A stretch of DNA of 64,000 bases, taken from NCBI GenBank assembly GCA_963754345.1, contig CAVWFZ010000002.1, forward strand, positions 13,392 to 77,391, read 5' to 3'. The notes below the pieces were generated by a model that saw only the letters and a list, made by a program, of their open reading frames with translations, was not told the DNA's origin and ran no database searches. Positions within the stretch are counted from its first letter, which is position 1. Every line of letters starts with the position of its first letter. This stretch comes from Thermoanaerobaculaceae bacterium. Its GTDB lineage: Bacteria > Acidobacteriota > Thermoanaerobaculia > Thermoanaerobaculales > Thermoanaerobaculaceae. The position numbers were made by a program, and so were the translations under genes. Of this stretch, positions 37,305 to 46,837 are shown one piece after another.

Positions 37305-37655
37305 CTACTCGGGCGCGAGCAGGGCCCGTGCTCTGGCCAGGATCTCCTCGACCGTCGGAGGCGGGAGCACGCAGGCGAGCGTCGCCTTGCGCGCCCGCCA
37401 GTCCAGACTCTTGATCTGGTCAGCGAGGATCACACCGCTGACGGCGAGGTCGTCAGGAATTGGCACCTCGAACGGGTACCCCTTCACCTGCGACGTCACC
37501 GGGCACGCCAGGCAGAGACCCACCTTGCGGTTATACGCCTTGGGCGTCAGCACCACGGCCGGTCGGCGACCTGCCTGCTCTCGTCCGGCCTGGGGAGTGA
37601 ACGTGAGCCAGACAACGTGGCCGCGGTCGGGCACGTAGGGCATAAGAGCTACCAA
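37305..37655 (-). CDS. mazF: MazF/PemK-family endoribonuclease toxin
   Basis: VVWLTFTPQAGREQAGRRPAVVL...ADQIKSLDW is the PemK/MazF fold signature. It overlaps the upstream antitoxin by 7 nt. Confidence 0.8.
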   Translation of the reverse strand: MVALMPYVPDRGHVVWLTFTPQAGREQAGRRPAVVLTPKAYNRKVGLCLACPVTSQVKGYPFEVPIPDDLAVSGVILADQIKSLDWRARKATLACVLPPPTVEEILARARALLAPE

Positions 37656-37891
37656 GCCTCACGGCCCTGTGGAGCGCCTGTCGAAACCTCGCCGTGCAGG
37701 TTTGTCTTGCGGACCCTCGCGAGGAGTTCCGACAGGCGAACCACTCGCCGGGAGGCCGGCGCAATGACGAGCTTCCCCTCGTGCACCGTCAGTTCCACCT
37801 GGGCATTCGGCTGCAGGCCCACCTCCGAGGCGAAAGGCTTCGGAATGCGCACCGCGAGACTGTTTCCCCATTTCTGGACCCGGGCAACCAT
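37649..37891 (-). CDS. mazE: MazE/AbrB-type (SpoVT/AbrB) antitoxin
   Basis: ATG at 37891 after GGGGAGG (MVARVQKWGNSLAVRIPKPFASEVGL). A putative promoter TTGACG-17-TATCTT lies at 37916-37944. Confidence 0.7.
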   Translation of the reverse strand: MVARVQKWGNSLAVRIPKPFASEVGLQPNAQVELTVHEGKLVIAPASRRVVRLSELLARVRKTNLHGEVSTGAPQGREAW

Positions 37892-38102
37892 GGCGCCTCC
37901 CCTGGATCGACAATGAAGATACATCGCACACCACGGCTCGTCAAGTGCGATGGCAGGGCGGGGGGTGGCACGAGCAATGGACACCCCCTCCCGGATCCCT
38001 CGCTTCGCTCGGGATGACAAACAGGAAGCGCCTTGCGGGGAGACGGACGGAACACCCGGAGGCGGGACAAGTGCGCACCGCCACCCGCTGGGCAAACCAG
38101 CG

Positions 38103-38459
38103 CTAGCTCGCCTTGGCCAGGATGACGACCTCCTTGGCGAGACGGTCGCCGAGGCGATCCTTCTCGACCTCGAGGTCGTAGCGCGCCTGGAGGTTGAGCC
38201 AGAACCGCTCCGACGTGCCGAAGTACCGCGCGAGACGCAGAGCAGTGTCGGCCGTGATCGCGCGCTTACCGTGCACCACCTCGTTGATCCGCCGGGGCGG
38301 GACGCTGGTGTCCTTGGCCACGCGGTACTGCGAGATCTCGAGCGGCTTGAGGAACTCCTCGAACAGGATCTCGCCGGGATGCACCGGCGCGAGCTTCCGC
38401 TTCCGGATCGGGGGCCCGCTCCTAGTGGTAGTCAACGATCTCGACCTCATGGGCATCAC
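38103..38459 (-). CDS. higA: HigA-family XRE helix-turn-helix antitoxin
   Basis: VHPGEILFEEFLKPLEISQYRVAKDTSVPPRRINEVVHGKRAITADTALRLARYFGTS is the HigA signature. Start uncertain (MMPMRS or MRS). Confidence 0.75.
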   Translation of the reverse strand: MMPMRSRSLTTTRSGPPIRKRKLAPVHPGEILFEEFLKPLEISQYRVAKDTSVPPRRINEVVHGKRAITADTALRLARYFGTSERFWLNLQARYDLEVEKDRLGDRLAKEVVILAKAS

Positions 38460-38709
38460 CCTCCTTCCACACGAAACAGATTCTCCACCGGTCGTTGATC
38501 CGAATGCTGTGCTGGCCCTCCCGATCGCCCGACAGCTTCTCGAGCCGGTTGCCCGGAGGAACCCTGAGGTCCTGCAGCGTCTCCGCCGCGTCGAGCATCA
38601 CCAGCCTGCGTAAGGCAACCCTCTGCAGGTCCTGAGGCAACCGCCGCGATCCGCGCCGCTGAAACACCCTTTCAGTCTCGGGGTCGCGGAAGTTCCGGAT
38701 CATCGACAA
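38422..38709 (-). CDS. higB: HigB/RelE-family toxin (plasmid-maintenance killer)
   Basis: MIRNFRDPETERVF...INDRWRICFVW...VEIVDYH. Toxin upstream of antitoxin is the HigBA order. The likely ATG is at 38703. Confidence 0.7.
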   Translation of the reverse strand: MSMIRNFRDPETERVFQRRGSRRLPQDLQRVALRRLVMLDAAETLQDLRVPPGNRLEKLSGDREGQHSIRINDRWRICFVWKEGDAHEVEIVDYH

Positions 38710-38750
38710 CCACGATAACGCGACACGTTATTATTGTCAACCGTTATGCC
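38710..38750 (-). promoter_or_regulatory. higBA promoter with a palindromic operator (ATAACG-TGTCG-CGTTAT), probably giving a leaderless transcript
   Basis: The reverse complement reads ggcataacggTTGACAataataacgtgtcgcgtTATCGTggttgtcgATG: -35 TTGACA, a 17-nt spacer, -10 TATCGT, and an inverted repeat that overlaps the spacer and -10. Confidence 0.4.
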
Positions 38751-38869
38751 TCACCCCGCGACAGACACAGCAACAAAGGGCAACCACGCGCGCACGGCGT
38801 GCGCGCCCCACGTCCGAGGAAGAGGGCACCGCATTGGTCAGGAAAGAGTTCCGTCCCGCATGTGGGGCG

Positions 38870-39115
38870 GTCATTCCCCCGAAGGCGGCGGGGACACATC
38901 GCGTGGGTGGGGAAAACACGCCCCTCGGGTGAAGCGGCGATCTCTCCGGAGGCCGCGGGGACCCAGCGCACGGATCGGCGCCGGGAGACGCGGGCGGCCG
39001 CAGGCCGAACCGCGAGGGTCACGGCGGCGAGGCGCGCCGCTGGGTCGCGGCCGAAGGAGTCTCGGGCCGCGGCGCGTCGGGACGCGCAAGGCCCAAGGCC
39101 CCGCTTCACCCGAGG
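38870..39115. repeat. Degenerate copy of the dispersed repeat family abutting the 3' end of the Lon-like gene
   Basis: GGTCATTCCCCCGAAGGCGGCGGGG matches copy C GGTGATTCCGCCCGAAGGGTGGCG. GGCGATCTCTCCGGAGGCCGCGGGG matches the core CCTATCTCTCCGGAGCC. The tail GCGCAAGGCCCAAGGCCCC...GGGGCAAATCAAAC matches the 3' modules. Confidence 0.35.
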
Positions 39116-39121
39116 GGCAAA

Positions 39122-41506
39122 TCAAACCTCGCGGTAGCGGCGCAGCTGCTCGGCCATCTCTGCCAGGCGCGCGGCGCAGCGCCCGAAGATGCTGCCCTCC
39201 GGGTAGTTCCCGTCGGCATCACGCACGCCGGCCGGCATGCCCATCAGCAGCTCGACCCCCTCCTCGATGCGCGAAACCGGGTAGATGTGGAAGCCGCCCC
39301 ACTCCACCGCCGCCGCCACCTCGGGGTCGAGCTGCAGGTCGGCGACGTTGGACTCCGGGATCAGCACCCCGTGCGTGCCCGAGAGGCCGCGCTGCGAGCA
39401 GAGGGAAAAGAACCCCTCGATCTTCTCGTTGACGCCGCCGATCGCCTGGATGCGCCCGGTCTGGTCGACCGAACCGGTCACCGCCAGGTCCTGCCGGATC
39501 GGGATCCCCGAGAGCGCCGAGAGGATCGCATACACCTCCGTGGAGGAGGCGCTGTCACCCTCGACGCCGCCGTACGACTGTTCCAGGGCGATCGACGCGG
39601 TCATCGAGAGTGGAACCTCGGACGCGAACGTGCCGCGCAGGAAGCCGGACAGGATCAGCACGCCCTTGGTGTGGATGTTGCCGGAGAGGCTCGCCTCGCG
39701 CTCGATGTTGACCACGCCCTCGCGGCCGAGTGAGACCCGTGCCGTCACGCGGCCCGGCAGGCCGAAGGCGTGGTAGCCGAGGTCGTAGACGGTGAGGCCG
39801 TTCACCTGCCCGACCACCACGCCCTCGGTCGGGATCACGAGCACGTCGTCCAGCATAAATGACGCGAGTTTCTCCTCGGGCAGGGAGTGGCGGTCGCGCC
39901 GCGCCCGCACCGCGGCGTGGATGTGCTCGGTGCCGACGATCTTCTTCCGCGTGCCGCCCGCCAGGAACGCGGCTTCGCGCAGGATGTCGGCGACGTCCGA
40001 GAACCGGGCCGAGATGCGCCTGCGGTTGCGCGCCAGCCTCACCGCCTCCTCTACCAACGCCGCCATGCCGCCGCGGTCGAGGTGGGGCAGCTTCTCGTCG
40101 CGGATGATCTTGGCCATGAGGGCGAGGAAGTCGGCCACCTGCTCGCGCCCGTTCGGCATCTCGCTGTCGAAGTCCGAGAGCACCTTGAAGATCTTGCAGA
40201 ACTCCTCGTCGGCCTCGTGCAGAAGGTCGTAGAGGGCGCGGTCCCCGATCATCATCATCTTGACGTCGAGGTCCACGGGCTCCGGCTGCAGCGCATGGCC
40301 GGACATCGCGAAGAGGATGTCGCGCGAGCGGATGACGACCCGCCGGTAGCGCAGCGCGCGCTTGAGCGCGGGCCACACGCCGGCCTCCGAGACCGCATCG
40401 AAGGCGTTGACGACCAGGAAGCCACCGTTTGCCCGCAGCAGCGACCCGGCGCGGATGCGCATGTGGTCGGAGGTGGAGTGGAAGTTTTGCGCCAGCCGGG
40501 CCTCGATGGTACCGAAGAGGTTGCCGTAGGAAGGCTCCGTCTCGATGATGATCGGGCGCCCCTTGGTGCCGCCGTTGTCCACCACGACGTTGACCCGGTA
40601 GCGTAGCAGCGGGTCGCCGTCCTCGCCGCCGTCCTGCGCGCCGAAGAGCTCCACGTGGTCCAGCATGTCCTGGCGCAGCTCGTCGAGGTAGCGGGTGACG
40701 CGGGGATCCTTGACCGCCCGCGTCACCTGGCCGAGGGACTGCTTCAGGAACGGCTCCAGCGTGTCGCGCCGAAGCTTCTCCGCGCGCGTGACCATCTCCT
40801 CCCGGATCGTCGTAACCTCGTGGAAGACCCGCTGCAGCTCCTCCGAGAGCTTGCCGTGGGCCTGCTCGATGGTGCCGGCCTTCTCGCGGTCGAACTTCCC
40901 CTCTTCGGCGAGGCTCTGGACCTTGTCGAGGGTCACCGGCCGTTCCTCGACCACCGGCAGGATCTCCGGCCGCGTGACCGAACCCACCTGCACCTGCACG
41001 AGCGTGAAACCGGCCTCCCGCACCTTGTGCTCGAAGCTCTTGATCAGCTCCTGCTGCTTTGATTTGAGGTCCTCGAGGGTCAGCTCCAGCCGCTGCTGGA
41101 ACTCCTCACCCTCGAACATGGTGGGCAGCCCCTTGGCCATGTCGCGCAGCAGCTTGTCGAGGCGTTCGCGGAGGACTGCGCCGCGCCCTGCGGCGAGGCG
41201 CAGCAGACGCGGCTGCTCGGGGCGCGCGAAGTTGTACACGAACAGCAGGTCGTCGGGAGCTTCACCCTTGTCTGCCAACGGCCGCATGTGCAGCTCGATG
41301 GCGGTCATCCGTCCGGTGCCGGTGAGACCGGTCACGAACACGTTGAAGCCGAGCGACTGCACCGAGAGGCCGAATTCGAGGGCACGCACCGCGCGCGCCT
41401 GCCCGATGATTCCCTGTGAGGGCTCGATCTTCGAGGTCGAGTCGGCCGGGAGCCATTCCTCCGGGCAATGCCACCGCAGCTCGTTTGCAGCCAGCTCTCG
41501 AGCCAC
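39122..41506 (-). CDS. Lon-like ATP-dependent protease (AAA+ ATPase plus Lon C-terminal S16 protease domain; COG1067-type)
   Basis: AAA+ Walker A VFVTGLTGTGR and a C-terminal Lon proteolytic domain (GPSAG-like Ser, Lys dyad region). The likely GTG start at 41506 after GGAGGTG avoids overlap with the MMPL gene. Confidence 0.8.
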   Translation of the reverse strand: MARELAANELRWHCPEEWLPADSTSKIEPSQGIIGQARAVRALEFGLSVQSLGFNVFVTGLTGTGRMTAIELHMRPLADKGEAPDDLLFVYNFARPEQPRLLRLAAGRGAVLRERLDKLLRDMAKGLPTMFEGEEFQQRLELTLEDLKSKQQELIKSFEHKVREAGFTLVQVQVGSVTRPEILPVVEERPVTLDKVQSLAEEGKFDREKAGTIEQAHGKLSEELQRVFHEVTTIREEMVTRAEKLRRDTLEPFLKQSLGQVTRAVKDPRVTRYLDELRQDMLDHVELFGAQDGGEDGDPLLRYRVNVVVDNGGTKGRPIIIETEPSYGNLFGTIEARLAQNFHSTSDHMRIRAGSLLRANGGFLVVNAFDAVSEAGVWPALKRALRYRRVVIRSRDILFAMSGHALQPEPVDLDVKMMMIGDRALYDLLHEADEEFCKIFKVLSDFDSEMPNGREQVADFLALMAKIIRDEKLPHLDRGGMAALVEEAVRLARNRRRISARFSDVADILREAAFLAGGTRKKIVGTEHIHAAVRARRDRHSLPEEKLASFMLDDVLVIPTEGVVVGQVNGLTVYDLGYHAFGLPGRVTARVSLGREGVVNIEREASLSGNIHTKGVLILSGFLRGTFASEVPLSMTASIALEQSYGGVEGDSASSTEVYAILSALSGIPIRQDLAVTGSVDQTGRIQAIGGVNEKIEGFFSLCSQRGLSGTHGVLIPESNVADLQLDPEVAAAVEWGGFHIYPVSRIEEGVELLMGMPAGVRDADGNYPEGSIFGRCAARLAEMAEQLRRYREV

Positions 41507-41555
41507 TCGCCACCTCCGACGTTCCGGCGCGCACCGCGGACCGCTCCACGCGATC

Positions 41556-44069
41556 TTACTCGAGCTTGCCGCTCCGGCGCACGACCAGCGGCACCAAAAC
41601 AACGGCCGTGAAACACGCAAAGGACACGCCTAGCAACGCCATCCAACCCATGCTCTGGAGGCCGGGGTAGTGGGTGGTGATCAGGGTGCCGAAGCCGATG
41701 ATCGTGGAGAGCGCGGCGAGCGTCACCGCACGCGCTGTCTGGGCGAGCGTCTCCAGGCTGGCGCCTTCGCGCACACGGTACAGGATGTAGATCGCGTAGT
41801 CGCTGCCCACCCCGATCACCATCGTGATCACGAAGACGTTGAGCAGGTTCAAGGGGTAGCCCACGACCGCCATCACCCCGAGGGCCCACAGCACGCCGGT
41901 CGCCACGGGCAGCAGGCAGACGAGGGCCGCCTTGAGGCTCTGCGAGTCCCACAGGAGGAGGCCGATCACGAGCACGAGCCCCAGCAACCCGGCGACAACG
42001 GCATCCTGCCAGACGGTGTGGCGCAGCCGCTGGGAGACGAGGTTGACGCCCGTAAGGGTCGCCTGCGGCACGCCCCGCACGAGCTCGATCAGCTGCGGCG
42101 GCGCCTCACGCCGCCACTTGCCGGGCGGCGAGAAGACGTTGACGACGGTGGTCACCCCGCCCTCGTCGTGGCGCAGCGAGCGCTGCACGACCTGCTCCAC
42201 TGGTGTCCCGCGCCAGACCTCGAGAGTGACCGGGTCCACCGGGCGGAGCGCCTCGTCGAGCGTGGCGCTCCCAGCCGCGAATGCGCCTGGCACCAGGCCG
42301 GCCGCCTGCAGCGCCGAATCGAGCTCCTTCTTCACGCGCGCCGGGTCGGTGAGCTCGCGGTGGGCCGCGAGCCAGGCGAGCGACCGCTCCTGCGAAGCAG
42401 CGGCCGGGATCAGGTTGGCGAGCGACTCGTAGGAGGAGACGACGCCCTCCTCGACCAGCTTGTCGAGGCCGACGCCGAGCTGCTGGGCCCGGGCGAGCGC
42501 GGTGGCCTCGTCAGGCGCGTTCACCAGGATCATCATGGCGTTGAACGAAAGACCGAACGCCCTGGCCACCCGCTCCTGCACGGCCACGCCCTGGTTGGAG
42601 GGGGAGCGCAGGTTGCGCACGTCATCGTCGAACCGCAGCCACGCAAGCGCGACGGCCGCCAGGACCGTCACGACCGCGGCTCCCGCCAGCACCCAGCCCG
42701 AATGGCGGTTCGCCCAGCGCAGCACCGGCCCCAGGTTCAGCCACTTCGAAGGTGGCGGGGGCGCGGCCGTGCGGTCGAAAAGCGTGACGAGCGCCGGCAG
42801 GATCAGGAACGCCGCCAGCATCATGAAGACGATGCCGGTGCCGGTGAGCAAGCCGAACTCCTGCAGGCCGACGAAGCGGGTCGCGAGAAAGGCGTAGAAC
42901 GTTCCCACCGTGGTGATCGTGCCCAGAACGACCGCCGGACCGGTGTGGACGGCCATCGCCTCCAATGCCTCGGCCTTCGCCATCCCGGCGAAGCGCCCTT
43001 CGAGGTAGCGCCCGTAGGTCACGATCGTGAAGTCGATACCGAGCCCCACCAGGAGCGCCGAGAACCCGGAGGTGGCCGAGTTGAGCGAGCCCAGGGTCAC
43101 GGCCGCAAAGATGAAGGTCAGGGCGAGGCCGGTTGCGAGGGGCAGGAAGGCGTAGTGGGCGGTCGCAAAACGGCGGTAGGCGAGGAAAAAGAGGATCAGC
43201 ACCCCGACCACGGAGGTCGCCGAGTTCCATGCGATGTCCTTCTTAATCAGCGTGGCGTCCTCGAGGGCGATACGGTGCCCACCCCCGATCTCAACACTCG
43301 GCACCTCGTCAGGCTCGATGGCCTCCTGCGCGGCAAACTGCTGCCGCACCTTGACGATGCGGGTACCAAGGTCGGACAGGAGCGCGTGGTCGAAATCGAT
43401 GTCCTGCGCAGGTCCTTTCGGCTTGGCCAGGATCAGCACCATGCTGTGGTCGGCCGAGAGGTAGTAGCCGCTCGCGAAGTCCACCTTGAGCGAGGACGGG
43501 GTGCGGCTGATCCGCGAGAGCAGCAGCGGAAGGAAGCCGAGCGGGTCCCGGATCGCGAGCTCCTTGGCGATCATGCCCTGAGGCGTGTCGAGACCGGAGC
43601 GAATGTCCGAGGCCCGCGCCGCCAGACCGGCCGGCGTGAGGCGCTCCTGGAGCGCTTCGAGCCCCTGCTGGTCGAGGAAGAGCACCGCGTGCCGCAGCAC
43701 CGTGTCGGCAAGCCGTACCGGGTCCTCGAGGTGCGCTTCCACCCGCGAGAGGTACGGGCTTCGCTGCATCTCGGCGGCGAGGGCGTCCACGAGCGCCAGC
43801 GAGGTCTCCAGGCGCTCCTCACCGTCCACCGGCACCGCGATAAGCAGGGTCTCCAGCGACCCGAAGTCCTGGAGAACGCGCCTGAATTCGCTCACGACCG
43901 GGTCGCGGCGCGGCATCAGGTTGAGGACGTCGGTCTCGAACTTGAGCCGGGTGCCGAGCACCACGCCGGAGACGATCACCACCGCGGTGCATGCGAGCAC
44001 CGCCTTGGGATAGCGGCGCCCCAGGCGGACCAGGGCCCGCGGGAGGCTGGAGGCCGCCCCGAGGCTCAC
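41556..44069 (-). CDS. MMPL/RND-superfamily transporter
   Basis: Two six-TM bundles, each followed by a large periplasmic loop (about 835 aa). The GTG start overlaps the pgsA stop as GTGA. Confidence 0.8.
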   Translation of the reverse strand: MSLGAASSLPRALVRLGRRYPKAVLACTAVVIVSGVVLGTRLKFETDVLNLMPRRDPVVSEFRRVLQDFGSLETLLIAVPVDGEERLETSLALVDALAAEMQRSPYLSRVEAHLEDPVRLADTVLRHAVLFLDQQGLEALQERLTPAGLAARASDIRSGLDTPQGMIAKELAIRDPLGFLPLLLSRISRTPSSLKVDFASGYYLSADHSMVLILAKPKGPAQDIDFDHALLSDLGTRIVKVRQQFAAQEAIEPDEVPSVEIGGGHRIALEDATLIKKDIAWNSATSVVGVLILFFLAYRRFATAHYAFLPLATGLALTFIFAAVTLGSLNSATSGFSALLVGLGIDFTIVTYGRYLEGRFAGMAKAEALEAMAVHTGPAVVLGTITTVGTFYAFLATRFVGLQEFGLLTGTGIVFMMLAAFLILPALVTLFDRTAAPPPPSKWLNLGPVLRWANRHSGWVLAGAAVVTVLAAVALAWLRFDDDVRNLRSPSNQGVAVQERVARAFGLSFNAMMILVNAPDEATALARAQQLGVGLDKLVEEGVVSSYESLANLIPAAASQERSLAWLAAHRELTDPARVKKELDSALQAAGLVPGAFAAGSATLDEALRPVDPVTLEVWRGTPVEQVVQRSLRHDEGGVTTVVNVFSPPGKWRREAPPQLIELVRGVPQATLTGVNLVSQRLRHTVWQDAVVAGLLGLVLVIGLLLWDSQSLKAALVCLLPVATGVLWALGVMAVVGYPLNLLNVFVITMVIGVGSDYAIYILYRVREGASLETLAQTARAVTLAALSTIIGFGTLITTHYPGLQSMGWMALLGVSFACFTAVVLVPLVVRRSGKLE

Positions 44070-44617
44070 CGCGCCGCCCCGACCACGCGTTTCCAGAAGC
44101 CACCGAAGTAGCTGAACAGGGAGCCGACCGTCATGACCAGCGCGACCCACAGAGCCACCTTGGCGAGCAGCGCCCAGCGCCCGAGCTGGTAGCTGACGAT
44201 GAGCAGCGAGACCGCGACAATCTGGGAAAACGTCTTGAGCTTGCCCCACCAGTTGGCGGCGATCACCACGCCCTGCTGGTGGGCGACCTGCCGGAGGCCC
44301 GAGACGGCGAAGTCACGTCCGATGATCACGACGACCATCCAGGCCGGTGCGAGCCCGAGCTCGACCAGGGAGATGAACGCCGCCGACATCAGGAGCTTGT
44401 CGGCAATCGGGTCGAGCAGCGTCCCGGTCACGGTCACGGCCTTTGTGCGGCGTGCAATGATGCCGTCGGCAAGGTCCGTGAGCGCGGCAAGCAGGAAGAT
44501 GCCGAGCCCCCAGAACTCGCTGCCCGAGAAGCGCGTGAGCAGCACGACGACCAGCAGCGGAACCATGAGGATCCGCAGGAGCGTCAGCGAGTTCGGGAGG
44601 TTCCACACGGGCGTCAC
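44066..44617 (-). CDS. pgsA: CDP-diacylglycerol--glycerol-3-phosphate 3-phosphatidyltransferase
   Basis: CDP-alcohol phosphatidyltransferase motif DLADGIIARR...G...DPIADK. Confidence 0.85.
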   Translation of the reverse strand: MTPVWNLPNSLTLLRILMVPLLVVVLLTRFSGSEFWGLGIFLLAALTDLADGIIARRTKAVTVTGTLLDPIADKLLMSAAFISLVELGLAPAWMVVVIIGRDFAVSGLRQVAHQQGVVIAANWWGKLKTFSQIVAVSLLIVSYQLGRWALLAKVALWVALVMTVGSLFSYFGGFWKRVVGAAR

Positions 44618-44813
44618 CGTTCCGCCGGGATTGTAGCGTACCGGTGCCGGCCACGGCGGTTTGCTGGCGGTTCTTCAAAGCACGGACGGTCGGCTCCGCT
44701 GGCAGCGTCGTCCAGGGCATGCCCATCGCACCAAACCGCAATGCCCGGCACCGTGGCCGCTAGACTTGCAAGCTCCATCACAAACGGTCGGCCACCTCGC
44801 GTAGAATAGTTCG

Positions 44814-45605
44814 GTGTTCCTTCTCGTGCCGGCCCTTGCCTTTGTGATCCTGGCTTCCGGGCCCGTCGCGATCCCGCCGGCGAACATCTCTCAGGTCTCG
44901 GGTGTCGGGCCGTATTTCGCGCTGACGTTCGACGCCCACGTCGAGGCTCAGGGTGCCGAGGAGCTGCTCGCCCTGTTGCGGGAACGGCACGTGCGGGCGA
45001 CCATCTTCGTCACCGGGCGTTTCGCCCAGACGTTCCCCGAGATCCTCCGGAAGGCTGCGGACGACGGCCACGAGATCGGCAACCACACCTTCAACCACCC
45101 CCACCTCACCACCTGGGACACCCGCCGGCGCCACGACACCCGGCCGGAAATCACGCGCGACCGGCTACAGGACGAGCTCTTGCGCACGGCGGCCGCGATC
45201 ATGGCCGCGATCGGCAGGCGTCCTTCAACGTTCTGGCGCGCGCCGTACGGCGAGCACAACGCGACGATTCGTGCTTGGGCCGCGGAACTCGGCCTCGTGC
45301 ACGTGGACTGGACGCACGCTACCCGGGACTCCCTGGACGCCCTGGACTGGGTAGAGGACCCGAGCACCCCCTCTTTCTTGAGCCCCCAGAGCATGGCCCG
45401 CCGTATTCTGCAGTTCGAGGCCCGCAACGGCGTCCCCCTGGCCGGCAGCATCCTGCTCATGCACCTTGGAAGCGCGCGCGCGGACCAGCCTCTCCTCGAG
45501 GCCCTCCCGATTGTCCTGGACGAGACCGACCACCGTGGCCTGCACCCGCTGCCGGTCGGCGAACTGGTCGCCCGGGGCTCGGCCTCTAGGAACCTGTCCG
45601 AGTAG
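44814..45605 (+). CDS. Polysaccharide deacetylase (NodB homology domain, CE4)
   Basis: TFDAHVEAQG...HEIGNHTFNHPHLT carries the NodB motifs. Confidence 0.75.
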   Translation: MFLLVPALAFVILASGPVAIPPANISQVSGVGPYFALTFDAHVEAQGAEELLALLRERHVRATIFVTGRFAQTFPEILRKAADDGHEIGNHTFNHPHLTTWDTRRRHDTRPEITRDRLQDELLRTAAAIMAAIGRRPSTFWRAPYGEHNATIRAWAAELGLVHVDWTHATRDSLDALDWVEDPSTPSFLSPQSMARRILQFEARNGVPLAGSILLMHLGSARADQPLLEALPIVLDETDHRGLHPLPVGELVARGSASRNLSE

Positions 45606-45764
45606 ACGACGAAAGCGAGAATTCCGAGGGCGCCGGATGGCAAGGAAGCAGAGCGGAAAGCCCGGAGGCGTAGCCAGAGCTACGTCGAGGACTTTTCGCG
45701 ACGGCTGACACAGCCAGCCGGATGCCATCGGGATTCGCAGCCGGAGTAGTACTCGGACAGGCTC

Positions 45765-46805
45765 CTAACCAGCCAGTGCCCAGCGTTCGACTCGGCGTGC
45801 GCTGATCCGCCGGGCCCGTCCCCGCCGTTCGAGCTCCATCAGGTGGCCAAGCACCTCGGAGAAGGCCAGGAAAATCCCCAGGAAGCTCACCGTGGGGAAG
45901 AGGCGCGCGATCAGCTCAGCCACCGTGACCGGGCCCGCGGCCAACGCCGCCTGCACCTCTGAGGTCCGCCGCGCCTGGCGCTCGCGCAGCAAGGCCGTCT
46001 GGCCGGTCACGTCCGAGATGCAGGGGCCGTGAGCCGGCAGGAGCCACTTCGGGCCCAGGCGCTCGAGACGTTCGAGCGTCGCAGCGTAGGCAGCAAGCGC
46101 GAGAAACGGCCGCTCCGGGTGGTCAGGATCGGCGTCCACCACCGCATTGGGGGTCAAACCATCCAGGATCGTGTCGCCGGTGATCAGGACTCCCTCGCCT
46201 CCCAGCTCGAACCCGACGTGGCCCGGGGTGTGGCCAGGCAGGTGGTGCACCCGCAACGGCCCCCGCTCGTGTTCCACCTCCTGCCCGTCCGAGAGCCACT
46301 CGACCTCGGTGACCGGGCGGGCGGTCCGATCCAGCATCCGTAAACCGGCGACCAGAGGCAGTCGCCTTGTCACCGGCAGGCCGGCGCTTGCGAGCTGGCG
46401 CCAGAGCACGGGGTAGTTGCGGGCGAGCGCCAGGTTGCGCCGCTCGTGGGCGTGGGCCGCCAGAGTGGCACCCTCCTTCAGGAAGTGGCGCGCGAGGCCG
46501 AAATGGTCGTGGTGGCCGTGGGTGACCAGCACGCGCCGGACATCGCTCGGCAACAGGGAGTGCGCTACCAGGGCCCGGCGCAGCGCGCTCCAGGCCGCCG
46601 CGGTGCCTGGCCCCGTGTCCACCAGGGTCAGCGGCTCGCCGAGCAGCAGGTAGACCGTCACCGGTCCGATCGGGTACGGGGTGGGCAGCGAGATCGGGAG
46701 CACCCAGGAGGGCACCCCTGGGCCTGCGCACGGCTGCCGGGCACGCTGGCGCGCCTTCACGACGTCAGGGGAACCGTTCGGGCTCGGCGGTTGCTCCCTG
46801 GGCAA
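45765..46805 (-). CDS. MBL-fold metallo-hydrolase
   Basis: VTHGHHDHFG is the HxHxDH motif. Confidence 0.75.
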   Translation of the reverse strand: MPREQPPSPNGSPDVVKARQRARQPCAGPGVPSWVLPISLPTPYPIGPVTVYLLLGEPLTLVDTGPGTAAAWSALRRALVAHSLLPSDVRRVLVTHGHHDHFGLARHFLKEGATLAAHAHERRNLALARNYPVLWRQLASAGLPVTRRLPLVAGLRMLDRTARPVTEVEWLSDGQEVEHERGPLRVHHLPGHTPGHVGFELGGEGVLITGDTILDGLTPNAVVDADPDHPERPFLALAAYAATLERLERLGPKWLLPAHGPCISDVTGQTALLRERQARRTSEVQAALAAGPVTVAELIARLFPTVSFLGIFLAFSEVLGHLMELERRGRARRISARRVERWALAG

Positions 46806-46837
46806 GGGGTGTTCCCGTCCTTCACCTTGCCTCGCCG

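Noticed and set aside
39122-41506. The Lon-like protease could be BrxL of a BREX system
   Set aside because: No other BREX components (BrxA, BrxB, BrxC, PglX, PglZ) lie nearby. The architecture fits the widespread COG1067 Lon-related protease family.
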